From: Sulfurimonas sp.
GTDB taxonomy: Bacteria; Campylobacterota; Campylobacteria; Campylobacterales; Sulfurimonadaceae
Length of the DNA: 24,000 nt
Assembly (NCBI RefSeq): GCF_047622445.1
Contig: NZ_JBLHOE010000003.1
Coordinates: forward strand, 1,683 to 25,682
Direction of reading: 5' to 3'
A program made the position numbers and the translations under genes. Positions 1 to 8,735 of the stretch are shown piece after piece. The notes beneath the pieces were generated by a model, which was not told where the DNA came from, ran no database searches, and saw only the letters and a program-made list of their open reading frames with translations. The first letter of the stretch is position 1, and each line of letters opens with the position of its first letter.

Positions 1-229
1 TCCCCCAAAAAGCAATCCAGTGAAGAGGGTAAGCTGAGTAATCAAGGTAAATTACAAGTAAAATAAATGCAAAACCACTAAGAGTTGAAGCACGTCCCCA
101 GCGTTCGAGTTTTAGTAAATGTTGAAAATCTTCTTCAGTTGTAGCACCAATAGTTTTTTTAATCGCATCTATGTCTTTTTGTAATTGCTTCTGATCCACG
201 TCTTTATAATCAGTGTAAGTCTCTGCCAT
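1..229 (-). CDS. Partial CDS (N-terminus only, continues past the window start): putative membrane fatty-acid desaturase family protein
   Basis: Absent from the ORF track because it runs off the window edge. The reverse complement from ATG (comp. 229-227) reads MAETYTDYKDVDQKQLQKDIDAIKKTIGATTEEDFQHLLKLERWGRASTLSGFAFILLVIYLDYSAYPLHWIAFWG, with no stop before position 1. A soluble leader is followed by a hydrophobic segment. The HL.K.ERWGR pattern resembles N-termini of bacterial desaturase-family proteins as I recall them. The diagnostic His boxes lie outside the window. Confidence 0.4.
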   Translation of the reverse strand, partial: MAETYTDYKDVDQKQLQKDIDAIKKTIGATTEEDFQHLLKLERWGRASTLSGFAFILLVIYLDYSAYPLHWIAFWG

Positions 230-346
230 GGGTAACCTTATTAATATATTAGCCTGAAATTATATATAAAAAAGCTTAATATTCACAGTATATTTATAAA
301 TAATTCTTTTTAATAACAGATGTGATTATTTTTTGATAAAACACAG

Positions 347-352
347 TATAAT
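347..352 (+). promoter_or_regulatory. Candidate -10 box (TATAAT) for the RND permease gene
   Basis: An exact TATAAT lies 30 nt upstream of ATG 382, in an AT-rich divergent intergenic region. An AGGGG Shine-Dalgarno sits at 372-376. No clear -35 element is visible. Confidence 0.25.
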
Positions 353-381
353 ATATTTTATTCAATGAAAGTAGGGGATAC

Positions 382-2079
382 ATGAAAGTTTATAAGTCTA
401 AGAATATTGCAGGTTATTTAGCAGAAGCATTTCTCAAAAATCCTTTAACAATGATTTTTGGTATTTCCATTTTATTACTTGGATATATATCCCTACTTGT
501 AATGCCACGAGAAGAAGACCCTCAAATCGCAGTGAGTGGTGGGTCGGTTATAATCGCTCTTCCTGGAACATCACCTAAAGAAATTACGAATGTTATTATT
601 AAACCTCTTGAACGTCGTATGAATGAGATTAAAGGTGTTGAACATATATACGGTACTGCTATGAATAATGTAGGTATGGTTAATGTACAATATTATATTG
701 GAGAAGAGAGAGAATCTTCAAATTTAAAGCTTTATGATAAAGTGATGCAAAATATGGACTCCCTTCCAATGGGCACAATGCAGCCCCTTATTAAACCATT
801 TGACATTGATATAGATATCCCAATTTTAAGTATTGCTTTTTTTAAGCTAGAAGATGAAAAGATTGATAACCTAAAATTGTATAAGACAATTCGTGATTTA
901 CAACAAGAAATCAATAGTTTAGAAAATGTTTCTAAAACTATTTTAAAAGGTGCAAAGAGTCCACAGTTTAACGTAATGATTGATTTGGATAAACTAGCAG
1001 CTTTTCATATTTCACTTGGTCAAGTAGCACAATCAATACAATCAATATCAAAAAATTCCCCTGAAATTGATGCTCCAACGCAAAGCAATGAGCTTATTGT
1101 TTTTGGTATAAAAAATGCCATTGAAGATATTGCTGATTTAAAAGATTTAATCATTGCGCAGTATAGAGGTTCTGCAATCTACTTAAGTGATATTGCAAAA
1201 ATTACGTATAGTTACGATATCCAAAATTTTCAAAAAGTTCTTTTAAGTTATAGAGATACAAATGGAGAGTTTCGTAAAGCAGGTGATCAATTAACGCTTA
1301 CGGTCGCAAAGCTGAAGGGAACTAATGCTGTTACAATTTCTGAGGATATTATTGCAAAGATTAGAGAATCTAAAGAGGAACTTCAAAGTCAAGGTGTTGG
1401 TTATATTATCACAAGAAATTATGGTATTCGTGCGAATGAAGCGGTAAATGAGTTGGTTCACCACCTTGTCATAACAATATTTATCATTGCTCTTATCCTC
1501 ATACCATTTTTAGGATGGAGAGAATCTCTTGTTGTTACCATCGCGGTACCAATGATTTTAGCATTAACACTTTTTATTGCATATATGACAGACCAGACTA
1601 TCAATAGAATTACACTCTTTGCTTTTTTACTTAGTCTTGGACTTATAGTTGATGATGCGATAATCGTAATTGAAAATATTCACCGTCATATGCACTTGGC
1701 TAAAAGTAAGTTTCAAGACTTTGATGATCTAATTGTTGAAGCAACTGATGAAATAGGTCCTTCTACAAATGTTGCAACAATAGCGATTATTTTGACAATG
1801 GTTCCTATGGCATTTGTTGGAGGGATGATGGGACAATTTATGTTACCCATACCACTTAATGTACCGATTGCTTTAGCAGTATCTCTTTTTGTTGCGTATG
1901 TATTTACCCCATATTTAGCTAAAATATTAATGAGACATAAGCATCAGGAGTGTGAGCTTGAAGGGCCCCAAGAGATTGGAGTTATGAGAAATTTTGGATG
2001 TAAACTAGAAAAGAATATTGGTATTGTTTATTACATGATAGTAAAAAATAAGTGGAGTTGGTTGCAATGGAAAAAATAG
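382..2079 (+). CDS. RND (AcrB/AcrD/AcrF-type) efflux permease, N-terminal half (TM1, periplasmic porter loop, TM2-6)
   Basis: 565-aa ORF with an AGGGG RBS. The N-terminus FLKNPLTMIFGISILLLGYISLLVMPREEDPQI is the typical RND TM1 plus P.E..P motif. The TM4 region LSLGLIVDDAIIVIENIHRH is the conserved proton-relay motif. The ORF stops right after the post-TM6 cytoplasmic linker. Confidence 0.85.
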   Translation: MKVYKSKNIAGYLAEAFLKNPLTMIFGISILLLGYISLLVMPREEDPQIAVSGGSVIIALPGTSPKEITNVIIKPLERRMNEIKGVEHIYGTAMNNVGMVNVQYYIGEERESSNLKLYDKVMQNMDSLPMGTMQPLIKPFDIDIDIPILSIAFFKLEDEKIDNLKLYKTIRDLQQEINSLENVSKTILKGAKSPQFNVMIDLDKLAAFHISLGQVAQSIQSISKNSPEIDAPTQSNELIVFGIKNAIEDIADLKDLIIAQYRGSAIYLSDIAKITYSYDIQNFQKVLLSYRDTNGEFRKAGDQLTLTVAKLKGTNAVTISEDIIAKIRESKEELQSQGVGYIITRNYGIRANEAVNELVHHLVITIFIIALILIPFLGWRESLVVTIAVPMILALTLFIAYMTDQTINRITLFAFLLSLGLIVDDAIIVIENIHRHMHLAKSKFQDFDDLIVEATDEIGPSTNVATIAIILTMVPMAFVGGMMGQFMLPIPLNVPIALAVSLFVAYVFTPYLAKILMRHKHQECELEGPQEIGVMRNFGCKLEKNIGIVYYMIVKNKWSWLQWKK

Positions 2080-3839
2080 TTTATACTATCTTAGACAAGG
2101 CGTGGCTAAGACGTACGGTTGTAATCATAACATTAGTATTATTGGGTGCTTCATTTATGATGATACCTACAAAACTTGTTTTGGCTAAAATGCTACCAGG
2201 AAAAAGTGCAAATACTTTTACAATATATATTGATACACCAACAAACAGTTCTATTGCGCAGACTGAATCGGTTACGGAGTGTATTCAAGATGTACTTATA
2301 AAAGAAAAAGCTGTGATTGATTTGGAAGTGTACCTAGGTCAAGGTGCACCACTTGACTACGCAGGTTTAGTAAAGGGAAGTGATTTTAAACGAATGAAGT
2401 ATCAAGCTGAAATTGTGGTTAATCTTACTCATAAAAATACTCGTGATGAAGCCTCATATAACATGATACACCGTATGCGTCCTTTGATTAATGATACTTG
2501 TAATCCTGTAGTACCGGGAAGTACTATACGTTTTGTTGAGATGCCAGCAGGTCCTCCAACTTTAGCGACAATCGCTATAGAATTGTATGGTAAAGATGAT
2601 AAGCTTATGCGTAAAACCGCGGCTATAATAGCAGAGACTTTCAAGCAAACGGAAGGTCTCGTTGATATTGACACGATGGAAGATACTATTTATACTAAAT
2701 ACGAACTAGCACCGAATAAAGAGAAGATTATGATTAGTGGGCTTAATGTAGAACAGGTAAATAATATTATTTATCTTGCATTTAAGGGTATGTCAGTTGC
2801 AGTGAAAAATACGCGAGATCAACAAGATCAGATTCCAATTTTTGTCCGTCTATCTGAAGAGTCACATCGTTTTAGTGATAAATCAATAGAGGCACTTAAC
2901 CGTAAATTGTCTTCATTAAAGTTGATGAATAAAATGGGTGTAATGGTTCCTCTTAAGGAAGTTGTTTCGGTGCATGAGGTTTTATCAAGTCCTACAATTT
3001 TTCGAAAAAACTTAAAAAACATGATTAGCATAACAGCTGAGTGTGACATGGTTAGTCAAGTATATCCTCTTCTTGAGGCAAGAGATGCTCTAGTAGAGAA
3101 ACTTTCAAAAGATTTTAATGTAACAAAGGTTCCTGGAATTTCGACATTTATGTTTGATCTTAATCTTCAGTCAAAAAATTCAAATGAAAAATTGCTTCTT
3201 CGCTGGGATGGAGAAATGAAAGTATCTTTGGATACTTTTAGAGATTTAGGGGGTGCATTTATTGCAGCTTTAGTATTGATGTTTTTACTTATTGTAGTTT
3301 ACTATAAGTCATTTGCATTGAGTGGTATCGTACTAGCCGGATCTTTTCTTTCCATAATGGGTGTTATCTCTGGACATTGGCTTACTGATAAAATCCAGCT
3401 TTTGATTACTGGAGATAACTTTTATCTTACAGCAACTTCATTAATTGGATTTATTTCTCTTATGGGAATTAGTGCCCGAAGTTCACTTTTATTAATAGAT
3501 TTCTCTCGAGCATTAATCGCAAAAGGAATGGATACACACCGTGCTATTGCCGTAGCTACCGGAACACGTTCTAAACCAATTATGCTTACAGCTATAGCTA
3601 TTATATTAGGAAGTCTTCTTTTATCGACTGACCCAATTTTTGGAGGCTTAGGTATTGCCCTCATTTTTGGTAGTATTGCAGCAACCTTAGTGTCATTATT
3701 TTTTATTCCAGTTCTTATGTACAATACTGATGCACTGAGTTGGCTGAAAAAAAAGCCAGAAGTTGATTCTTCCTCTCCTAGAAAACCTAAAGGTAAAACT
3801 AGTAAAGAGTCTGGTGAGAATGTAATTAATCTAATATAA
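2067..3839 (+). CDS. RND efflux permease, C-terminal half (TM7, second periplasmic loop, TM8-12)
   Basis: The frame is open from 2052 (GTG). An ATG at 2067 is preceded by GGAG (2054-2057) with a 9-nt spacer. It overlaps the upstream half by 13 nt. TM7 (TVVIITLVLLGASFMMI) is followed by LPGKSANTFTIYIDTP (the P..D...f...... P.g.s-type motif) and a C-terminal TM bundle with SLIGFISLMGISARSSLLLIDF. Confidence 0.8.
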   Translation: MEKIVYTILDKAWLRRTVVIITLVLLGASFMMIPTKLVLAKMLPGKSANTFTIYIDTPTNSSIAQTESVTECIQDVLIKEKAVIDLEVYLGQGAPLDYAGLVKGSDFKRMKYQAEIVVNLTHKNTRDEASYNMIHRMRPLINDTCNPVVPGSTIRFVEMPAGPPTLATIAIELYGKDDKLMRKTAAIIAETFKQTEGLVDIDTMEDTIYTKYELAPNKEKIMISGLNVEQVNNIIYLAFKGMSVAVKNTRDQQDQIPIFVRLSEESHRFSDKSIEALNRKLSSLKLMNKMGVMVPLKEVVSVHEVLSSPTIFRKNLKNMISITAECDMVSQVYPLLEARDALVEKLSKDFNVTKVPGISTFMFDLNLQSKNSNEKLLLRWDGEMKVSLDTFRDLGGAFIAALVLMFLLIVVYYKSFALSGIVLAGSFLSIMGVISGHWLTDKIQLLITGDNFYLTATSLIGFISLMGISARSSLLLIDFSRALIAKGMDTHRAIAVATGTRSKPIMLTAIAIILGSLLLSTDPIFGGLGIALIFGSIAATLVSLFFIPVLMYNTDALSWLKKKPEVDSSSPRKPKGKTSKESGENVINLI

Positions 3840-3893
3840 ACAGCAATTTGGATAAAATACAATAATTTTAATGTAATAATTATTGGAGATTTA

Positions 3894-4814
3894 ATGAACG
3901 CAGCCAAATATATTTGGATGAATGGAAAATTTATAAATTGGGATGATGCAAAGGTACATGTACTTTCTCATACGATACACTATGGAAATGGTGTCATCGA
4001 AGGAACAAAAGCGTATAAAACTGAAAAAGGTTATGCGATTTTTCGTTTGAATGAGCACACTACAAGATTAAAAGAATCTGCAAAGATGACACTTATAGAT
4101 ATCCCTTATTCAGTAGAGGAGATGAATCAAGCCCAGATTGATCTAATCAAAAAGAATGATTTCGTAGGGGATAATGTGTATATTCGTCCTTTTGCATTTT
4201 TAGGCTACGGTGTAATGGGTGTTTATCATAAGGATGCTCCAGTTGAAACCGTAATGTCTGCTTGGGAATGGGGTGCATATCTTGGTGAAGATGGTTTAAA
4301 AAATGGAATTAGACTCAAAATTGCATCAATGACAAGAGCTGCTAATACTTCAAGTATGGGTAAAGCAAAAGCAACTGCAAACTATTTAAATTCACAAATG
4401 GCAAAATACGAAGCTATTGATTGCGGATATGATGAAGCACTTCTTTTAGATGACCAAGGTTATGTAGCTGAAGCGAGTGGAGCATGTTTCTTTATGGTTA
4501 AACACGGTGAACTGATTACTCCTCCAAATGATAACTCTTTAGCCTCTATAACACAAAAAATGGTTATAGAGATTGCAGAATTTCTTGATATAAAAGTTAC
4601 ACGTAGACGTATAACAAGAGAAGAAATATATGTTGCGGATGAAGCATTTTTAACAGGAACAGCAGCTGAAATAACTCCAGTTGCTAATGTTGATGCAAGA
4701 GAGATCGGTTGTGGTAGTCGAGGTCCTATGACTGAACAAATTCAAACAATGTATTTTGATATTGTATTTGGTAGATGTGAAACATTTGAGCATTACTTAA
4801 CGTACATCGACTAA
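3894..4814 (+). CDS. ilvE: Branched-chain amino acid aminotransferase
   Basis: 306 aa. The N-terminus IWMNGKFINWDDAKVHVLSHTIHYGNGVIEGTKAY, plus FRL.EH..RL, ANYLNSQMAK and EIYVADEAFLTGTAAEITPV, are classic fold-type IV IlvE motifs. Confidence 0.9.
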   Translation: MNAAKYIWMNGKFINWDDAKVHVLSHTIHYGNGVIEGTKAYKTEKGYAIFRLNEHTTRLKESAKMTLIDIPYSVEEMNQAQIDLIKKNDFVGDNVYIRPFAFLGYGVMGVYHKDAPVETVMSAWEWGAYLGEDGLKNGIRLKIASMTRAANTSSMGKAKATANYLNSQMAKYEAIDCGYDEALLLDDQGYVAEASGACFFMVKHGELITPPNDNSLASITQKMVIEIAEFLDIKVTRRRITREEIYVADEAFLTGTAAEITPVANVDAREIGCGSRGPMTEQIQTMYFDIVFGRCETFEHYLTYID

Positions 4815-4819
4815 TTAGC

Positions 4820-4840
4820 AAAAGGAACTTAGTTCCTTTT
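4820..4840 (+). terminator. Stem-loop downstream of ilvE (perfect 9-bp stem AAAAGGAAC/GTTCCTTTT, 3-nt loop)
   Basis: Seen directly, starting 6 nt after the ilvE stop codon. The 3' arm ends in TTTT. A second imperfect hairpin with a TTTT tail lies at 4845-4870 (AGCT-GA-GGC / GCC-AGCT). Confidence 0.5.
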
Positions 4841-4904
4841 ATCTAGCTGAGGCTAGTAGAGCCAGCTTTTAAAAAAAGCAAAATTTTTACAAGGAAACAA
4901 TTTT

Positions 4905-6014
4905 ATGAAGGATACGATAACAATGGCATCAGATATGAATGATTATTTTAACAAGAAAAAAAGCGAGAACGGTAGTGGCAAAAAAACTACTGGTGGTTCA
5001 GGTGGTGGAAACGGTGGCGGAAAAGGCCCAGAATTCCCAAAAATTAACTTAGATATGGGTGGAAAGTCTGGAATAATTTATTTTGTAATTGCAGTTATAA
5101 TTATGTTAGTTCTAGCAAAACCTTTTACAATCATCGAAGAAGGACAACGTGGTATTTTAAGTACTAATGGTAAATACCAAGATCAAGCACTTTTACCGGG
5201 ACTTCACTTTATTGTTCCAGTTATACAAAAAGTATATGTAGTTGACACTAAAGTTCGTATTATTAATTATGCATCACGTATAGAAGCTAACTCTGGAGCA
5301 TCTGGAATTGGTTCAAAACCAGCTATTACAGTTCTTGATAGACGTGGTCTTCCTGTTACGATTGAACTTACTGTTCAGTATCGTCTTAACTCTCAGTTTG
5401 CAGCACAAACAATCTCTAATTGGGGATTCTCATGGGAAGATAAAATTATAAACCCTGTTGTAAGAGATGTTGTAAGAAATGTTGTTGGTAAGTATGATGC
5501 AGAGTCACTTCCTCAAATGAGAAATAAAATTGCAGCAGAAATCGATGAAGCAGTGAGAAAAAATGTTGTTGGCCTTAAAAATTCACCAGCAGATTTACAA
5601 TCAGTACAACTTCGTGAAATTGGACTTCCTCAAAAAGTAAAAGAGCAGATAGAACGTGTTCAAGTTGCAAAACAAGAAGTTCAAAAAGCAGAACAAGATG
5701 TACAGCGTGTAAAACAAGAAGCACTTAAACGTGCTGCAGAAGCTGAAGGTATCGCGCAAAAGAAAAGAATTGAAGCACAAGGTATTGCAGATGCGGTAAC
5801 GATTGAAGCTGATGCTCAAGCAAAAGCAAATATTTTAATTGCTAAGTCTTTAAGTAGTCAACTTTTACAATTAGAGCAAATTAAAATTCAAGGTAAATTT
5901 AATGATGCGCTTCGTGAAAACAAAGATGCTAAAATTTTCCTAACTCCTGGTGGATCAACTCCAAATATTTGGGTTGATACTAAAAACCTTAAGCAAAGAA
6001 CTACGGCTAACTAA
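4905..6014 (+). CDS. SPFH/band-7 (prohibitin/HflK-like) membrane protein with a Gly-rich N-terminal tail
   Basis: 369 aa with an AAGGAAA RBS 7 nt upstream. It has a single TM (IIYFVIAVIIMLVLA), then EEGQRGILSTNGKYQDQALLPGLHFIVPVIQKVYVVDTKV, which is the SPFH core. The C-terminus is a charged coiled coil (QVAKQEVQKAEQDVQRVKQEALKRAAEAEG). Confidence 0.8.
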   Translation: MKDTITMASDMNDYFNKKKSENGSGKKTTGGSGGGNGGGKGPEFPKINLDMGGKSGIIYFVIAVIIMLVLAKPFTIIEEGQRGILSTNGKYQDQALLPGLHFIVPVIQKVYVVDTKVRIINYASRIEANSGASGIGSKPAITVLDRRGLPVTIELTVQYRLNSQFAAQTISNWGFSWEDKIINPVVRDVVRNVVGKYDAESLPQMRNKIAAEIDEAVRKNVVGLKNSPADLQSVQLREIGLPQKVKEQIERVQVAKQEVQKAEQDVQRVKQEALKRAAEAEGIAQKKRIEAQGIADAVTIEADAQAKANILIAKSLSSQLLQLEQIKIQGKFNDALRENKDAKIFLTPGGSTPNIWVDTKNLKQRTTAN

Positions 6015-6017
6015 AAC

Positions 6018-6698
6018 ATGAATGAAGCAATACAAAGAGTAGATTGGGAGAAGTGTAAACTTCTTCCTGTTATCGTTCAGGACAATGCTAATGGTGAAGT
6101 TCTTATGATGGCTTATATGAATAAAGAAGCTTTAGAACTTTCTCTGTCTACAAAAATTGCACATTACTTCTCACGTTCTAAACAACGCATTTGGAAAAAA
6201 GGTGAAAGCAGTGGGCACACTCAATCTATACACTCTTTTAATCTTGATTGTGATAATGACACCCTTCTTCTAAAAGTAACGCAAGAAGGTGTAGCTTGTC
6301 ATACAGGTAGAAAGTCTTGCTTTTTTACAGAACTTGAAACAGGTGAAGCACATAGTGATGTTGAAGTAAATACTGATGCAATGTACGGAGTGATAGATAC
6401 TCTTTACCACACCATACAAGAACGTAAATATGCAGACCCTTCATCATCTTGGACAGCAAAACTTTTTGCAAAAGGTGACAACACAATTTTGAAAAAAGTT
6501 GTAGAAGAGGCTGGCGAATTTTGTTTTGCATACAAAGATAATGATGAGAAGGAAATGGTATATGAAGCAGCTGATTTAACATATCACATGTTAGTAGCTC
6601 TTGCTGCTAAAAATATTTCACCAGATAGAATCAAGCAAGAATTAGCGAGTAGATTTGATATGAGCGGGATAGCTGAGAAAAACTCAAGAGAAGACTAA
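6018..6698 (+). CDS. hisIE: Bifunctional phosphoribosyl-AMP cyclohydrolase / phosphoribosyl-ATP pyrophosphatase
   Basis: 226 aa. The HisI part reads LLPVIVQDNANGEVLMMAYMNKEALELS...SRSKQRIWKKGESSGHTQ...DCDNDTLLLKV.Q.GVACHTG..SCF. The HisE part reads LYHTIQERK...SWTAKLF.KG...ILKKVVEEAGE...EAADLTYHMLV. Confidence 0.9.
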   Translation: MNEAIQRVDWEKCKLLPVIVQDNANGEVLMMAYMNKEALELSLSTKIAHYFSRSKQRIWKKGESSGHTQSIHSFNLDCDNDTLLLKVTQEGVACHTGRKSCFFTELETGEAHSDVEVNTDAMYGVIDTLYHTIQERKYADPSSSWTAKLFAKGDNTILKKVVEEAGEFCFAYKDNDEKEMVYEAADLTYHMLVALAAKNISPDRIKQELASRFDMSGIAEKNSRED

Positions 6699-6711
6699 TT
6701 AGGACATATAT

Positions 6712-7224
6712 ATGAAGTCAAAGATACAAGCTTTTTTAGATACTTTAATCATGTATGATTATATTATTTTTGGAGCTAGCTTTGTTCTTTTTATCCTTTT
6801 TATTGTTCTTGGAATAGTTCTTCGTAAAAAGATAGCTCTTGCTATCATTTTAATACTTCTAGGCTTTATTATACTCATTATTACTCCAACTATTGGGCGT
6901 ATACAAATGCATAACTTTTTATTCTCAAATATGACTACATTATCTTCGCAAAAAAGATTAGAATTCACAGAGGCCATTGTTGTTAAAGGGATACTAGAAA
7001 ATACTTCTAGGTTTAATTTTAAGTCTTGTAAGATTACAGCAAATGTTCATAAAGTGAGTAAAAATACTCTAAAAAACTATATACTACAGTTTAAGACAAT
7101 CAAGAAAATGTCGATTATAAAAGAAGATATTGCTAAAGGCAAAAGCGTGAATTTTAAAATTATTGTAGAACCTTTTACGTATTCTCGAGATTACAATATT
7201 ACTTTAGGAGCGAAATGTAAATGA
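6712..7224 (+). CDS. Hypothetical membrane protein (2-TM hairpin plus soluble domain), possibly DUF2393-like
   Basis: 170 aa with a TAGGA RBS. It has two N-terminal hydrophobic helices and then a beta-rich-looking domain. The DUF2393 assignment rests only on my memory of an epsilonproteobacterial family with this architecture. Confidence 0.55.
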   Translation: MKSKIQAFLDTLIMYDYIIFGASFVLFILFIVLGIVLRKKIALAIILILLGFIILIITPTIGRIQMHNFLFSNMTTLSSQKRLEFTEAIVVKGILENTSRFNFKSCKITANVHKVSKNTLKNYILQFKTIKKMSIIKEDIAKGKSVNFKIIVEPFTYSRDYNITLGAKCK

Positions 7225-7766
7225 CTTTACTTAATTACTGGCACTATATATTCTTAGGGATATCTTTTTTAATTTTTTTAATTGGTGTTATATCTGCTTT
7301 TAGACAAGAAAAGAAGTTGATTATACCAATGTTAATTACAGCTTTCTTAATCTCTACTCTCTTAGCTTTTTTTTCTGTTATGGTGGTAGATAAATACACA
7401 AAAAAAGTAAAAGTTGTTAAGATTAAAAATAAAAGATTACTTTCCACTGAGCGGATAATTTATAGTGGTATTATTAAAAATGTAGGTAATTACCCTATAG
7501 GTAAGGTTGTTTTAGAAATTAAGCTTGTAAATAAAGGCCATGCTACAGGAAATGTCAAAGGCGGTAACTTTTATAAGGCGAGTGGAATTGTCGATTTCTT
7601 TAGTGGTGGGATGGGTATGGCAAAATCAAAACCACAATCAATTACAAAAGAGTTTATAGTAGCCAAGAATCTTAAAGCTGGTGCTGCAAAACAATTTAGA
7701 GTTCACTTTAAATATCCTGGATATTTTAGAAGTGTTGCTGATTTTGTGGAAGTAAGAGGGAAGTAA
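7221..7766 (+). CDS. Hypothetical membrane protein, distant tandem paralog of the preceding gene (DUF2393-like)
   Basis: 181 aa. It has an ATGA start/stop overlap with the upstream gene (7221-7224). It shares the same 2-TM plus soluble-domain layout. NKRLLSTERIIYSGIIKNVG aligns with QKRLEFTEAIVVKGILENTS of the neighbor. Confidence 0.55.
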   Translation: MTLLNYWHYIFLGISFLIFLIGVISAFRQEKKLIIPMLITAFLISTLLAFFSVMVVDKYTKKVKVVKIKNKRLLSTERIIYSGIIKNVGNYPIGKVVLEIKLVNKGHATGNVKGGNFYKASGIVDFFSGGMGMAKSKPQSITKEFIVAKNLKAGAAKQFRVHFKYPGYFRSVADFVEVRGK

Positions 7767-7775
7767 AGCTAAGTC

Positions 7776-8735
7776 TTAGTATTTAAGACCTATTGGTTTT
7801 AATGCTTTATTAATATTTTTAATTTGCGTATTTTTATTTTTACACCAAGCTGGGGAAAGAAGTGAATCATCATCAATGCCGGCTGTTACTCTTTGAACAG
7901 AGACATTTTCAGGCTTTAATTGGATAGTTTTTATTAAAACGTTGAGATACTCTTCTTCGCTGATAGGTGTAAATTTACCAGAAGTGAATTCATTTGCTAA
8001 AGCAGTTCTTCTTACTACATAAAGCGGATGGTACTTTACCGAATCAATACCCCACTTGTAAGCTTCTTTAGCAGTGTCAATCATCATCTCTTTAGTTTCG
8101 CCTGGAAGACCAAAGATAAGGTGTCCACAAACATTTAAACCAGCATCTTTAGACTTTATAATCCATTCTTTAACATTTGCACTATCATGCCCACGATTAA
8201 TTTTTTCTAATGTCTCATCGTAGATTGATTGGATACCAAACTCTATCCATATTTCTTTATCTTTGTTAAGTTCGCTTAGGTAAGAAAGAGTCTCTTCAGT
8301 AATAGAATCAGAACGAGTTCCAATACTGAGTCCAACTACATTCTCAAATGAAAGAGCTTTGTCATAGAGAGCTTTGAGTGTTTCAAAGGGAGCATAGGTA
8401 TTTGTAAAAGATTGAAAGTATACAAGAAATTTTTGAGCGCCATATTCTCTTGCTTGTCTTGCAGATATGGATTCAAATTGCTGTGTGAGTTGTAGTAATT
8501 GTTTATCTAAAAAAGGGTTTTCTTTAGAATCTAAGTTTAAATGGAAACCCTTTAGTTCTTGTACTTCACCAGTACTTGCAGAAAATGAATCATTTTGACA
8601 AAACGTACATCCACCTTTAGCAACAGTTCCATCAATATTTGGACAGGTGAAACCAGAAATATTGATTCCAACTTTATAAACTTTAGAATTAAATTTTTCT
8701 TTTAGATAATTTCCATATGTATAGATTTGCTTCAT
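7776..8735 (-). CDS. Radical SAM protein, TIGR01212 (YhcC-like) family
   Basis: The cluster motif is CPNIDGTVAKGGCTFC. GLSIGTRSD, IWIEFGIQS and HLIFGLPGET are also typical. I place the start at the ATG at comp. 8735-8733, which forms TAATG with the purF stop. The track ORF extends 12 codons further, to 8771, inside purF. Confidence 0.8.
   Translation of the reverse strand: MKQIYTYGNYLKEKFNSKVYKVGINISGFTCPNIDGTVAKGGCTFCQNDSFSASTGEVQELKGFHLNLDSKENPFLDKQLLQLTQQFESISARQAREYGAQKFLVYFQSFTNTYAPFETLKALYDKALSFENVVGLSIGTRSDSITEETLSYLSELNKDKEIWIEFGIQSIYDETLEKINRGHDSANVKEWIIKSKDAGLNVCGHLIFGLPGETKEMMIDTAKEAYKWGIDSVKYHPLYVVRRTALANEFTSGKFTPISEEEYLNVLIKTIQLKPENVSVQRVTAGIDDDSLLSPAWCKNKNTQIKNINKALKPIGLKY

Noticed and set aside
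3422-3907. 161-aa minus-strand ORF overlapping the 3' end of the RND permease gene
   Set aside because: It lies fully antisense to a well-supported conserved CDS. Its Ile/Lys/Phe-rich composition is typical of shadow frames in AT-rich DNA, and it has no motif or RBS. I applied the same reasoning to the other antisense track ORFs at 732-914, 2429-2674, 2828-3049, 5601-5819, 6325-6582, 6759-6977, 7244-7447, 9113-9307, 9292-9510, 12640-12843, 15522-15713, 15673-15870, 18913-19167, 20740-21042 and 21127-21357.
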